A stretch of DNA of 63,230 nucleotides, filler included, from Bigelowiella natans CCMP2755 (GCA_000320545.1; 3 parts of 3 records of this genome joined end to end with filler, not necessarily neighbours in it), one strand, 5' to 3'; shown: positions 12,061-26,419, counted from the first letter of the whole stretch. Numbers and translations: made by a program. Notes: generated by a model from the sequence alone, not told the origin.

Positions 12061-12832
12061 TGCATGCGGATGTGTGTGCGATGAAATCGCTCAACGCAAC
12101 AACATTGGGTTTTGCACGCTGACAAGCGTGGCATTCGGACGCACGTCAATTGGCAGAGTGCATGTTGATCTTGTCACTTGCGGCGAGTGTGAGGATGTCA
12201 TGCACGTGTCAGTGCTGCCACTCTGGCACTTCCATGCACCACTTTGCTTCAGCTTGTAGGGCAACACATCGCGTGCCAACGTGCAGACGTGTAGACGTGC
12301 ACAACACACGTGCGGCTGTGCAAATGGATACAACGCACATGAACTGGTGCAATCGATGCAACACATGTCCACACCTGTGCTGTGCACCACATTGTGTCAG
12401 CGCGTCAGCGCGCACACTGTGTTCATATAGTTCATGACATCTGTGCGTCACTTGCTGGCTTGGTCGCTTGGTTGGTTGGATCAAAACATTCATGCATTCC
12501 CTCCGTTTAAATGATGCAGCCCTGCAGACGTCAATGCACAAGTGCGAGAACATGCAATGCATGTGCATTCCTAGATTCACTGCATGTAGCAGGGTGCGCA
12601 CATGCGTGCATGTCCATCTAGCTAGATGTTTGGGAGCGTGCACAATCAAAACGAATTTCGATATTCCGTGTATACACCAAACACTGTGCAGATTCAGTAG
12701 TTTCAGGTGCATGCAGGTTGAATCAACTATGCTTTCATTACTCTAGTACTGACGAAGGAACCTGGAGCATCACTTAAAATATTCTATGTGATGAACTTCA
12801 TATCTCGTTTGATGTACGGGCCTCGATTATAA

Positions 12833-13884
12833 TCATGTACTCTGTTTTTCTTCCTGTCTTTTGGGAGGATATTCGGTCTGCAACACAAGAACAACCGTGT
12901 GACTGCCCGTGGTAGGCGTGCCATTCAACAGAACAAATAACCTTCTTTCCCTTCTTTGAGAATCGCCCCTTTTCACGAGGAAAAACCTGATTTGCAAAGT
13001 TTCACAAATTTCATCCCATTGTCTCTTCTTGAAGCGTTTGTGCAATCATACGTGATCATTATTTGGCCAAGGCCATCCACCAAATTGAGTACGTTGGTAA
13101 TCCATGAAAGCTTGCATGATCTGACCCAAACAAAATTGGAATTCAGAGTAGGAAACTACGTTCCTTGTTGTACACAATACTGTCGTTCACCTCTGCTTGA
13201 GAGTTCATGACAAATGGGCCGTGCTGAGCGATCTGAATGCACAATAAAAAATTACTTTGGTATTTCTCTAGGACTCCCTGACAAACGCACAAACCGGCTC
13301 TCCAATCGGCTTTCCTTGAAGCATCAGGAGTTCCGCTGACCGAGATGCCGACTTCGGAACAGATAACTGTTTGTTTTACCAGACAAAGGGATAAGTTTAA
13401 CTATAGTTCCACATGGGCCTTTCCTTCTACCTCGACCTCCATTCCCGCATTCACATCAACTCGGCTATTCGGATCGATAGTTTGCTGATGGTACACATAT
13501 TTAGTTCGATGGGTTCGGCAGTACACATAACAAGCTTGGTGCTGTACTTGCGAGATCTCTAGATTCTTTCCTTCTATGAAATAGAACGTTCTATTGATTC
13601 CGTTGCCGCCTTTTGCCTTCGGAAGAAGGAACTTTCCGCCAGGAGCCACCTCGATGTGCCATCTAAAGTGTTGCTCTTCTCAATCAATGCACTCAGGCGG
13701 CATGAAAATTTACGGTAGGACATACACTGCAACGTCATTTGCTGGATCCGCTGCCCAGGAGTTCTTTGGAGGTTCGAGAGCCTTTACTCCATCTATTTCA
13801 CCCGCCCAAACAGTAACTGATAGATAGTAATGAGAAGAACTTAGTATATCCTCTCTGCCATTATTTTTGCAGGCTCTGAACTAC

Positions 13885-13928
<44 letters not shown>

Positions 13929-15091
13929 CTCGTTATATCATCCAATATCCAACCTTTTGTTTTCTCATCCTGCGAGGCAAATTTCTTCACATCCTCCGCC
14001 CAGTGCATGATGTAGTCGGGATTGACCATCTGCGAACACAGCAGCCATGGTAGTCATACATCAACGGTTATTCAAGGCCTCTCATCTGCTCACGTTCCTG
14101 CCGAGTGCACCTTGTTCTTTTTTGGAAGATTCAACCAGATTTGAAAGAACCTGTATGACAAGAACACCGTCGATTATACTGTTATTTGTCGAAAGAGCAG
14201 CAGGTGGAAAACAATAATACCGGGTTGGATTTGGCTTGTCTGCGTTGACGAGTGGAAACATCTCACCGTGCACGACGCCTTTGCCAGCAGTCATCCACTG
14301 TTTGTTAAGAAGCACAGCATCTTAGCTGCATCAACACACAGAGATGGTATTGATATTTTGGGTTTTGTACCTGCAGATCGCCTTGCCCATATCGACCCCC
14401 GCACTTCATAGAATCAGTGTGGTCAATGATGCCTGAAAAAGGACAATTTGGGGTTATTAAACGAAAGAACCGAAAAGGCGCAATCATCTGACATGTCGTC
14501 GTGGTCGTGAAAAGTGATTAACCAGTCGTGTTATTACTACTACTATACCCAACCTTCTATGGTTGCTGTGATTGTCTCAAATCCTCGATGGGGATGCTGC
14601 GGGAACCCAGGAATCTTTTCTCCGTGATACCTGATTATTCATTCACTCAACCGAAGAACAGCAGGCCGTCGTCGTTGTTATGATTGCCAAATCTGCACTG
14701 CTATTGCCAACTCAACACGGATCGTACATGCGGTATTTTGCTTTGGGGTTGAAATCATGTCCATTTCCAGTCCTTGGAGCCTGCATTTTTTCGTCGCCCT
14801 AACAATGATGGCAAATCTGATTAGCACTAATGAGGTTTAGAGAAAGGGGGGCAGCGGTGGAGGAAGAGGCGTGCATTAAAATCATGCGTCGTTTATGTAC
14901 TCTACCGCTGGATATTCGTCTTTGTGATACACACAAAAGAGGAAAGGCTCAGGAGTGGAGAACGGCATGGAGAGCGAACGGATCTGCATGGTTGAGGAAT
15001 GTAACATTTGTTTTTCCAAATACAGGATTAGCAGAGCTAAAATTGAACGTGTTCAAACCTGGCGAATAGCACTTTTGACCTTTGATGTCAT
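12833..15091 (-). CDS. Pirin family protein (bicupin, Fe-binding)
   Basis: Spliced: [15 protein letters not shown]...[21 protein letters not shown]...IDHTDSM...[25 protein letters not shown]...FQIWLNLP...[20 protein letters not shown]...[15 protein letters not shown]. Metal ligands HPH...H-x-E are intact. Confidence 0.92.
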
Positions 15092-16359
15092 GGTCCGAGA
15101 ATCAGTTGTGCTTAATGAGGCTGAGGAGTCACACCGCAATTTAATAATTTAGGCTTCAGCTACCATGCATTTTCGGAACGGCAACTCCAACAACAAAAAT
15201 TCGAATGCTCATGCTTGTTAATAAGCCGGGGGGGGTACGTGGGGGAGGTGTGGTTGGTATGCGCTCGTACACGTCGATGTGTGTTCTGTTGGGTTCCGGT
15301 AGAATAATAATGTCAGGAGATCGTATTTTTTTTATTAGTAGCAAATAAACATAAAAACAGTGACAATGGCAATATTTCCCATCCAATTTGGATTTGTCGC
15401 ATCTCCTTCGATGTGTCGCCTCTGGTAAATGCGCTCTGTTTTGCCCGCGAATATTTCCTGATGATTAATCGCCAAATCTCTTTCATTCAGCCGGAGCTCC
15501 TTCTTCCGATCCGGCCCGAGTCAACTCAAAACTCAAAACGCACCATTGAGCGTGACACACACGCGCACATGGGGGGGGGAGAATGGAGAGGAGGGGGGGA
15601 GAAATATGATGCTCAAGGGGATGTCTGATTTCTAATGTGAAAGTTCAAAGTGTCCCAAAATTCTTTCTTGCGCGTGTGAAAGCAGAGTGCATCTCAAAAT
15701 CCAAGCGAAACTCGTCCTGGAATTCGAACAAGGCAGTGCAAGCTTCCATTCAATGTGCTTCTACTGACAAGAATCCATCCAAAGGAGAATCATTGGGCTG
15801 TTGTGAACGCACTCGGGTGCATGATGAATGACATGATTGACATTGAGGAGTTTGATTGTTAGTCGGGATGTAGTTTCTAGTTTGGAAAGATGAATCATTG
15901 TGACCATGTGCGTCAAATGCCATCTAATTAGCACAAACACGTCGTGATGGTCTCAGCACTAGGCTGACAAACACACATGCTACGAGAGTGCGAACAATGG
16001 TGTGCACTGCACAACACATGAACGTACAAGCATTTGTGTGGCCACAAGGTCATTTGGATGGCATGAAGTAAGGTGTGACATTTGCATGCACACATGACTT
16101 CATTCACTGGCGGATGAAAATAACAGGCTCAAACAGATGGTGCATGATAGCAATTCAAAAGAATACAAAGCTAGAGTTGCATGTGCATGCTCGATGTCAA
16201 CTGTTCATTAATTTAAATATTAATTTAATGAGAAAGGATGCATGACCATGCGCGTATTCTATGTTCTCAGCTACAGTCTCCTTAACTTACATAATCTAGG
16301 TACAAAACATAACCATATCATCCTAAGTGAATATAGGACCATTAATGACAAATATCTCA

Positions 16360-18043
16360 TTAAGCTAAGCATACTGGCGTTTCCTCCTCTCGGACTGCAT
16401 AATCCTCAGGAACCAGCTGTCTATGCTGGTTGCGTGACGAGTTTGGACTAACAACTTGAGGCATCGATTCACTGAATTTCTTACTCAAGTTACGGGCATT
16501 CGAGGACGAAGAGAAACAGTTCTGCCCAACTTGCTCCTTCTGATCAATTATTCGTGATAGTGTCTCCATCGTATCTCCCGTTCCTTTTCCTTGTGCTAGT
16601 ATGACTTTTGATGAGGCTTTAAGACTCATTTTGATTGATGTCCTGTTGGCTGAGAGCCGTCGTCTTACAACAGCAGCCGTGTTGGGATCTGAGTCGCTAG
16701 ATTCAGTGGCAGCGGGTTTAAATGGGCGCATAGGCGTCCAGGAGTAGTACAGGAATGTGATGAGGAGAGGGTAGAGAGCAAAGAACACGATTTCCGGAAA
16801 CAAGTCAAATTGAATTCCGCCGGCATCCTCGAACCTCTGACGATTCGATGCTGTAGCTTCACCGTTCACGATTCTGAAGACAAGCTCCAGAATGCACGTC
16901 ACTGACGATATTAAATTTATTAAAATTGATTCGATGATGAACGATGACATGGTTACATTTTTAAATCGGAAATGAAAGTGGCGTTTTCGTGACGAGGGCG
17001 AAGATAAAGTTGGGGGAAATGGAATTACCAGTGATTATTGTACAAAGAGACACGAGAGTGTATTTGATATATTTGATCTTCCTCAGTACAGCGTGTAGGC
17101 AGTCAAGTATTTTCTCCCCGGCGAGTATGCGCTTCTCTTGGAATGAGCTAAGAGATTCATTTACGTCCCTCTCAAGAAGTCGCAGCAAAATGGTGATATG
17201 GGCGCCATAGTACGTGCAGATAGAGGCAATCAGTGGGTAAATCTGTATTAATTGTTTTATGTATCAACACACAAACAAATAATTGAGTTTGCTCTTATGC
17301 ACGTTCTGTGTTGTTTGCATATCTGAGTATAGGTAGCGGTGAAATATTGAGGAGCAAAGTGGCATAAAGATCTTCTCGAAAGTCTCTCTCCTCGCTCTAA
17401 CTCTCCCACACGTACCAATAAGTAGAAATAGAATCGGTCAGTCACAACGGAAATGGCGACCGTAGCTTCCATAGCCAAACCCCAGAGCAAGGCAGACACC
17501 CAAGCTCCACGAGAGCTAATTTCTATTGTTCCCTCAGAACCTCTATTGAATTAGGATATGGTGTTAGCTACTATGCATATATATATATATATATATATAC
17601 ATATATTGTTGCGAAAAATATGCACATCAAACCCAAAGCTAAATGAATAAGGGTGACAACCTTGCTTTCAGTACCGTGTGCTGCACCCCAAATACTAAGG
17701 CATACAGAACCGAAGCCAAGGCAAGGCCGAGAGTTACAAACAGCTGAACGATCGTCAATGCAAATACTTCGTAGGTTGGTATAAAGAAAACGGCCAAAAA
17801 ATGGGTGAAGGTGGCCAACGTCGCCAACCCGGAGAAAATCTGGATGATGCGCTTTGCTCTTTGCTGCAATACCACACAATGAATCCAGAAATCTTTCTCA
17901 GAATAACGTTAGTTCCGTATAGGATTTAAGCTCACCAGGCATGGAGAAGCCAACTGTAGCGCATGAACGATAAGAAAGACCCCAGAAAAAGCGATGTGTA
18001 TACCAAAGACGATCACTGTCTCCTGGCTCAAGCTTGTCGACAT
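16360..18043 (-). CDS. Multi-pass (about 7TM, GPCR-like) membrane protein with Ser/Lys-rich cytosolic tail
   Basis: Successive hydrophobic exons (VIVFGIHIAFSGVFLIVHALQL; IFSGLATLATFTHFLAVFFI; LTIVQLFVTLGLALASVLYALVFGV; AWVSALLWGLAMEATVAISVV; FIIESILINLISSVTCILELVF; FPEIVFFALYPLLITFLYYSW) followed by a hydrophilic tail. Confidence 0.65.
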
Positions 18044-18262
18044 GGTTTTCCACTGCTAGTATGGAGGACGTGAGATTGCACGCAAGAGTTTTGATTTATT
18101 AGCGGTGCACGTGCCTCAGAAAACTGTGCCGTTGCGTTCAATAAATCTCACGTGGCATACCCCTCTGAATAGATCAGAAAGCGACAAGCTCTCTATTTTT
18201 ACCTTTTGTGACTTACCAGAAAGCAAGCTCTCTTTTTCTGTGTTGGGTTTTGAGGAATCTAA

Positions 18263-20522
18263 AATGCCATTTCGACCTACGACATCCATCAAGTGCTGTC
18301 GCAGGAACAAACAACAGGGCTATTGTCCTGTGTCGTCGTCTGACGATTGTGTCGCGTTCGCATCAAGAGCGCATCGGTCATCGTAGCTTGCCTTCTGTTT
18401 TCTTGCGACATAATTCTTCCTTGTCGCATGGTGTGAAATCAGTCTTGATACGGCCTTTTTTTCTCGGAACAGCTTCCCGCCAAACGAACTCCTGACATCA
18501 ATGGAGTCTTGGCTTTCGTTGCAATATCAACACCAGCCGGCGTACCTCACACGACAGTAGTTCTTCAGTTGGTTTGTGGGCGGCCTGGGTAGTCTATCGA
18601 GGTCGCTGGCGGTAACGTAGAATTCCTCAAACAGCTTTTGACCAAGGGCATATATTGGTGAGCTTCAGCCTGCTGCGTGGTGTGATATTGCTGTTGGGGT
18701 TAACGAATGTTCGCGGAGAAGGAGCATCGGATGATCACCTGAGGGTTTCGACATCGACCTCCTTTCCCACCCCCGGATATTCTCCGCATAGTCCTAAATC
18801 TCTTCTCAATCTCTTTGAAGCATCGATCGAGAACAACTCGTCTCAGATCCAATTGGATTCGGAGCAAATCGCGAATACACTCGGTATAAAAATGCTGCCC
18901 AAAATGCTGAAGTATGGACCGTTCGACCATGCCCATGAATCGATATTCTTTCATAATCTTGAAAAATAATCAGGGATTGCAATGAAACGCAAGCTGTACA
19001 GGTGCAGCTTCTGCTCGGGCAACTACTCCACCAAAAATAACCTTAGGGTATCAATCAATCAACCATTGTTGCGTCAGTCAGCTCCCCCCTCACCACAGCA
19101 ACGGGCCTTTGCAAAATTACATTTATTGGTGTTGCTACTTGCTGCTCTTCTTCTTCTTCGTCGTCGTCGTCGTCTCATTGTAATTATTATTAATTCCCTC
19201 GGCTTCCTTCTGGCGCTACTTTCAGGTACACATAGAGCAGATTCACTACAAGATCCGTTGCTATCAGTGCTCCGTATGCAAGAAGAACTTCACTGGCTTG
19301 GTGTGTACTATTAGATCCTAGAAGAAAGAAGAAGAAGAAGAAGAAGGAGAACTGACTACTACCTATTTCTGTTGCTAATACACACATTTAGCCCCACCAT
19401 GCTGCTTACTTCTCCTGTCACACGGCGCTGAGCTCGTTCGCTATCTCTCTCTCCCTCCCTCTCCCTCTTCCTCTCCCTCTCCCTCTCTCTCTCCCTCTCC
19501 CTCTCCCTCTCCCTCTCTCTCTATCTCCAGGGAAATTTGAAGTTTCATGAGGCTATCCATCTAGGGATGCAGAAATACAGGTGACTCTGTTCTCCAAACA
19601 CAGGGCACCGCCCTTTTCCGCCCTCCTCTTCCTCTCACAGATTCCCGTCCGATATCTTCCAAAGGTGCAACCGCTGCGACAGAAAGTTTACTCACCCGGT
19701 TCGACCCATAACGCGCATATCCCCCCCCCCCCCCCCTTTGACAATCACTATACTGAGAGGAGAGCGCAGCTGTTACCATCATAACGATAAGCGTTGGCCA
19801 TGGTTAAATTGACTTGTTTCTTCTCCTACTCGCGTTGTTTTTAACTAGAGCAATCTCCGGCATCATCGCCTTTTGTGCGAGGGAATCGCCAAATTCGTGT
19901 GCTCTACATGTGGCAGGAGGTCGGCCTTCACGGGAGGACAGACAGCACAATTTCCACCGAACCATATTACAAATAACCCTCTCTCTCTCTCCCTCCCTCC
20001 CTCTCTCTCTTTGCCAATGCTGATGTTTGCTGCATACAGGTTCTACCAGCAGACGAATAAGGACCGGCATGAGAAGGTCTCTGTCACTTAAAATGCCCAC
20101 AATATATACGTACTGCTCGTCCCAAGGAGAAAGTACTTTGGATGGTGACGACACAACGTTCAATTTGTTCTTACTCTGTCCCCCTCCCCCCTCCCTTTCT
20201 CTCTTCTGGCTGGTTTCCTCTCCTCCTTCTCCTCCTTTCAGACCCACTCTAGGCTACCATCTGACTTATTCAACTGCACTTTCGTAAGTAGGATGTGATT
20301 GATGATGGTGATGATGATGATGATGATGATACAAAACGACGTAGTAGCAGCAGTGGTGGTGACAACGATGATAGACGATTCGTAGCATTTTAAAGGACAA
20401 GATAAACTCAGCTTACTTGCGCATGCATATTGTCACCCCCTGGAACCCCCCCATCACCCTAGTGCTGCAAGACGTTTCGGACGTCACAAGGGCGTAAGTA
20501 TCACATCGGCCTGGTCAGTAGA

Positions 20523-20560
<38 letters not shown>

Positions 20561-20893
20561 CTCTTTGATGATAATAAGTGTATGCGCTCGTGATTTTAAT
20601 AATAATGATGATATCAAGAAGAAGAAGAAGAAGAAGAAGAAGAAGAAGAAATAGTGTTCACCAACATGCCGTGGCAATTTATGATGTGTGGAAGTGTGTA
20701 AGTGTGTCAATATTAAATGTGCTGCCGCTGCTGCTGTTTGTATTGCCAACATATCTTACAGGAGCACAGTCGAGTAGTGGATGCAAAAAGTACTCCTCCT
20801 TTGATTCAATGTGAGTGCTGTGGCTCAAGATTCAGGTATTACTATTTGTGTATTCGGGGGGAGAGAAAACATGTTATTCTAATAAAGACCCTC

Positions 20894-20945
<52 letters not shown>

Positions 20946-21188
20946 TTATTTACTTTTTGGATTTGCCTATTTATTTTTTTTTCATCTTCAGCTTCTTATT
21001 TCTAATTGTGATCATAATCTCCTTCCTTGTGCAGGTTTCATTCTGGCCTATCACGGCACAGGAAGAATGGCTGTCGAGAGAGATCCAGTGCAAAGACCGT
21101 TGCGATTAAAAGGAACAAAAATGGTCAGCCTAGAAAGCGCGCGAAAGGCTCGATAATTATGTCGCCAAACGTACTCTGCACAAAATGA
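18263..21188 (+). CDS. Tandem six-finger C2H2/C2HC zinc-finger protein, probable transcription factor; start codon uncertain
   Basis: Hand-spliced from ~18982: YRCSFCSGNYSTKNNLR|VHIEQIH; YQCSVCKKNFTGL|GNLKFHEAIH; YR|CNRCDRKFTHP|SNLRHHRLLC; FVCSTCGRR|FYQQTNKDRHEK|TH; FNCTF|CCKTFRTSQGRKYHIGL|EH; IQCECCGSRFR|FHSGLSRHRKNGC. Basic NLS-like tail, TGA at 21186-21188. Confidence 0.85.
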
Positions 21189-21789
21189 ATGTGTGTATGC
21201 GTGTATAGCGTATGTATACACAGTTAGGTTTAACAGCATGCATGTTCCACAATGTCTATGTAAACAGCGTGAGCACGCACACACGCACGCACGCGCATGT
21301 ACATCTAGATATTCGCGTCTACGGGCAGCACGATATTGTATCATCATGTGCATTTGCTACGTCTAGACGTCGCTGTCGCCGCCCACTCATGCATCGCAAT
21401 TGTGTCACATCTCAAGCTGCATCCTTTGCGGGCATGTTGCTCGGCGCTAGCTTCCCATCCATGCGCATTGCTACAGTAACGGCTAGATGGGTGTCGCACA
21501 CTTGTAAATCTAGAAAGGTTGTGATGTGCGCCGATTTGAAACGCACGGTGTAGTTGCCGCACTGCGCGTACGTGTGTATGAACAATTGTCACACAATCAA
21601 ATGATTTCAGAATTCTTCATGCACATTGCTTGCAAGATCTAGAGATCTAAGTTCACCATGCGCTGGTCCATGAGGAAAATGATGTTCTGCATGCGCATCG
21701 CATTTATAACCCGAGTGCCCATCTGCGTGGAGGCACTCATTCTAGTATTGCATGTGAGACAGATCTTAGTAATATAGTGATCAAATCTT

Positions 21790-21813
21790 TTCAATGGTCA
21801 TCCCAATGTAGCT
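21790..21813 (+). repeat. Conserved 24-bp motif, copy 1 (TTCAATGGTCATCCCAATGTAGCT)
   Basis: Matches 37903-37926 and 59067-59090 at 22-23 of 24 positions. Confidence 0.9.
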
Positions 21814-22002
21814 GTCCAATCAGAATACAACAGCTACCTAGTACATAGATTTCATCCTTATTTGCCAGGGACTCGGTAACAAGCTATACAGAGGACACTA
21901 GAAAGTACTGCACTCACACTAAACATGCTGCCATGCACCCTTGCTCACACGTTCTCGCCCACCTCCCCCCTCCAGTGCGTTACTGGGATAAGTGGCCTTC
22001 GT

Positions 22003-23008
22003 CTATTCCTCGTTCAGAGTGAAAAACACATCCTCGTCCTTTTCAATTAAAAGAGACGCTTAGAAATCATTCTACAAATGCTGGAAAAGAATTTCAGTAC
22101 GTTTGCCCTCATCTCACTAGTGTTCAGCAGCACAAAAACCGTCAAAGTTATCAATAACCATCATGACCGTTCGTCATCAATAATCTCATCATCATCATCA
22201 GTAGCATTCCTCGATCGATCGATCGATCGACACACCTGCTGCTGCTGCTCCTCCTCCTCCTCCTCTGGGTACTCCGTGTCCAAGGAGCCTGAGCAACCAC
22301 ATCGAAGTAGGAGCGGAAAGCAAATGATCGTGGTATGCGACATAGTATGCGGCACAGACACGCAGGTCTACGCAGCATAGAGAAATCGCATGTTTATGAT
22401 CGCAGTCAATAATCGAAACGACAAGCTCAAATTCGCTACTCTCATCATCATCGTCATCATCGTCATCATCGTCATCATCATCATCATCGACAACAACAAC
22501 TCCGTCGTCGCGATCGCCTTCGCAATAGCATTCATTTGTTGGGATGGCCGCAACTCACCCCGAGCATTTATGTACTGGGCGTATGGTATCTGGAGTCGGG
22601 ATTATTGCCACCGACGACAAGAATGCCACGACGACGATTCCACGGGCAGCAGCAGCAGCAGCACACAACAGCAGCACACAACAGCAGCACAAAACGAACT
22701 ACGGTTAGAGATAATAGGACATAATATTGCAGGCAGTGCTCGCAACAACTGCCAACACCGAATGATCCATACTTGGAATAGACAGGATCCATCACAGCTA
22801 GCAAATTCATTTCATATAGACGCTCAAGGAGTAGATAGAGGAGGAGGAGGAGGAGGAGAAGGCGAGGGGAGGGGGCTACCAACCGATCTATTCTCCCTTG
22901 GAATAGGAACCCTACGCGTGACTTGAGGAATGACATTTTCCATCTGCAGCATAATATTCAGAAAGGAGGCGAGAGGAGGAGGCCACCAACACGACCCACA
23001 CAAAGAGG

Positions 23009-23068
<60 letters not shown>

Positions 23069-23914
23069 ACACAAAACACACAAACCAAATCGTAAATCAG
23101 TACCAAAAAAAGTGCTGCACAGATTTATTAAAAAGAAAGAAATGCGTAGACACTCTTGCCACGCTTCCACATCATTAAAAGGAGGGGGGTGGGGGGTTAA
23201 GAGGGAGAGGACGAAACGGCTTCCGAAAAGGCGTGGTGGTACGCGTTTGTATATTTGCTGCTCATCGTCCCCTCATCCCTTTCCCCTGGTCGTCATCGTC
23301 GTCGTATGATTTTCCCTGCTACTTCTATACAGCCACTTGCTTGTGCTTCTACCTGGCTTGGAGGGTATCTTGAGTCGAAGTGGTACAAGTACTCCTCCAC
23401 CGACTCGCCACCGCTTTGAGTACCTAGCAAGTAGTAGCAGGGCAAGGGGTGATATACGAAATCCCTTTTTTAGTAATGTATGCAGTGTAGAAGTGATGAT
23501 GATGATAAATAACTCCATCTCGCCCCCGCGCTGCCCCCCACTGCCCTCTATGATCTCGTCGCCGTCGTAGACGTTGTCTATACGGCCTCCTCCTCCTCCT
23601 CCTCCTTATCCCCGATGCGAATGGATGTAATACTGACCGAATGCTACGTGGTGCCGCATGCCCGTGCTGCCTGTGAAAGTACGGGGAGGACGGAGGAGGA
23701 AGACGAATATGATTATGAGGAGGAGGAGGAGGAGGAGGAGGAGGAGATGATTAGGAAGGGAAGAGATGGTAGCTACCAACGGACGTGGAGACAGACACAG
23801 TAGAGCGCTGAATACCCCCTGGAACAAACATCAACGGCAACACAACCAAGAAGACAAGCGACGTCTCTTCATCAACTACTTCAAACAGCACGAGGCATTG
23901 CACGCATGGAAGGG

Positions 23915-23995
<81 letters not shown>

Positions 23996-24405
23996 CGTTA
24001 TTCTCCCTATCATCAAATGCAGGCCCGAGTGCATGCGTGCATGCGTGCATGCGTGCATGTGGCCGGGGAGGATCTTACTCTGTTTCCATGGAGAAGTACT
24101 CGCTGATTTGCCTCGCTGCTTTTGCTTCCTGGTGGTGGTAGTGGGGGCATTGTTGGCGTTGGAGCGCTTGCTCGTGCCCCTTCCCCTCCCAAAAGCAGCA
24201 ACACCAAGGGGTTCGGTCGCCTGATCACGATGGATGATATCCTGCTGCAGCTCCCCCCCAAATGGCGGTTTTCGCAGGTCATTGCTCGGAAGAGACTCTG
24301 TGTGCGAAAGGGGGAGATGGGGGGGGGAGGTGGGGTTGTTAAAATGGCCACAGGTGGTAATGGGTGACGTGCTCTCTGGGCAATATGTCATGTTTACTGA
24401 CTGTT

Positions 24406-24442
<37 letters not shown>

Positions 24443-25719
24443 GCGAAGGAGGCTTATAACAGAAGTAGTAGTAGTAGTAGTAGTAGTAGTGCTCTAGCCT
24501 TCTTTCCCCTCCTCTCCCTCGCTGCTGCTGCTGCTTCTTTCTACAGGTGCATCGGTCGTTCCTTGCTACCGTCGTTGGTGGCAGCTCCTCGTGCAGCAGC
24601 ACTCCGACGCCTCTTCGGCTTGGGTGAAATGCCTGGAATTCAAAACAACAACGATACATAGAATCATGATTATCATCGTCATCATCATTATTTCCGCTGC
24701 AGGGTATACCAACAGCACGAACCTCGATTCTTCTTCTTCTTCATCTTCATCATCATCCTACTACTAATTTACACACTGGAGGAAGACGTTCCGGAGACAC
24801 TCCTCGAAACTTGCTGCATGCGTAGATGGCTGTTGGCTTTCGTGTTGCTGTTCGCGTTCAGAATTCCCGGTGCCGCCCCCCTCCTCGAATGTGATCGGCC
24901 TTGTCTCTTGCGGGGGGTGGTGTTGATGGAGTTAGCATTTCGATTGCCACGATGTCTGATTCTTCTTGTAGCTCTGCCATCATCTGCGATGTTCCGAGCA
25001 TTGTTGTCGTTATTGTCACCATCGTCGTCATCGTCCGCCTCTGCGAGCAACACAGGTAATGAGCGCAAAAACGTGAACGTCAATCATTGGGAGTCACAAG
25101 GAAACATAGATCTAATCAACCGCCCCCCGTTTCCGCCCTCTCACTCAATGAAAACATATTATCATTGGCAGCTATGGTGTATCTTCCTTCTATTGCGCGA
25201 GTTAATTGTTGTTGTGCAGCTTCTTTCCATTCTCCTCTCAGATCGCTCGCTATCTTAACTGTTAATGTTGCCTAGTGCCCCCCCCCCTTGGTCTTGGCCT
25301 GCTGAGGCGTTGTCTTCGTTACTGAAGAGCCGCATCACTCGACTCCGTAGCCGTCCAATAAGCGACTTCTTGGGCTGATGAAGCGCATAATATTAGAAAG
25401 GGAATACAGCGATCAGATGGGCAAGACTGGGTACGACGACTCACGAATATCTCCTCCCCCCTCTGCTCCCAATTCTCTACCCTTTCTTAAGAGTTTTTCT
25501 CACCGCGCTTGTCGTTTGAGTCAAGGTTTTAGGCGGGCCGCTGGTAAGTCCGATTGCCCTCCCCTTTCCAGACGTTGTGGGGCGGCGGTGTAGTGTCCCG
25601 GAGATGCTGTTGCCTCCCCCATTGTTGTCGATCGACCGGAGAAGTAGATGAGGCTTTCGCTGTGCGGGAGGCCGGGTTGCGCTTGTAGAGAAGGCAATCA
25701 GTCTTGTCGCAGATAGCAT
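22003..25719 (-). CDS. Hypothetical multi-exon protein; basic low-complexity N-half, microsatellite-filled introns
   Basis: Exons such as SVEEYLYHFDSRYPPSQ (~23354-23425), MENVIPQVTRRVPIPRENRS (~22884-22943), YGSFGVGSCCEHCLQYY, IPYAQYINAR and DEDVFFTLNEE* (stop 22003-22005), with AG/GT boundaries. No family recognised. Confidence 0.5.
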
Positions 25720-26419
25720 GAGAATCGTCGCCAAGATTCTTCTCTCCACCCTCCGATCCTGTCATCAAGCATACGAAATTAATCACATGAACAAATCGGA
25801 AATCGGCACATCAAAGCCTCCTGCCTTTGATCCCCATCCTCCACCCTCGTCGTTTCAACCACTTACCAGTCTTCCCGTCATGACTCTCGGTCTTCCCACT
25901 TCCACCACCAAACTTCCTCCGCGAGGATGTGGCGGTGAGGGTGGGGGCTTCCTCTTCCGGAAACGGGATGGGGAAAATCAGCTTGCGAGTCGTAATTGGC
26001 GCCGCGAAATTTTGGAAATTTTTATATGCCAGAAATATCGTACATAGTTTTCATTATTTATTCCACACATGCACAGTCATGGAAGCTCCTCGCTCTTTGA
26101 TGGATGATGAGAAAAAAGATTAGACCGGTAATCATTGCGATAGAAATTTACCTATATGTTCAATATTTACAGATGGAATCAAGGATGTCTTGAAGCAACG
26201 ACAAGGTCAAACTCTCTGTCGCAGGTTGCAATTCGGGTAGAAACATCGGCACACGAGAAGGACCACAGACTCGCCATGGGGGCGAAAGGGCCCGCATGAC
26301 CCTCTCTGCCTGCAGAATTTGAGTTTATTCAGCCGGTTTTAACGGCGGAACATCAAACCAACACTCCCAAATACCCTCTCCTAAGAATCCCCTTTTTAGT
26401 TTTGTAAGCACTTGAACTA

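Noticed and set aside
18655-18969. ORF with a signal-peptide-like start, and the antisense ORF 18700..18954
   Set aside because: The plus ORF has a non-ATG start. Both lie in the intron/exon mosaic at the 5' end of the C2H2 gene.
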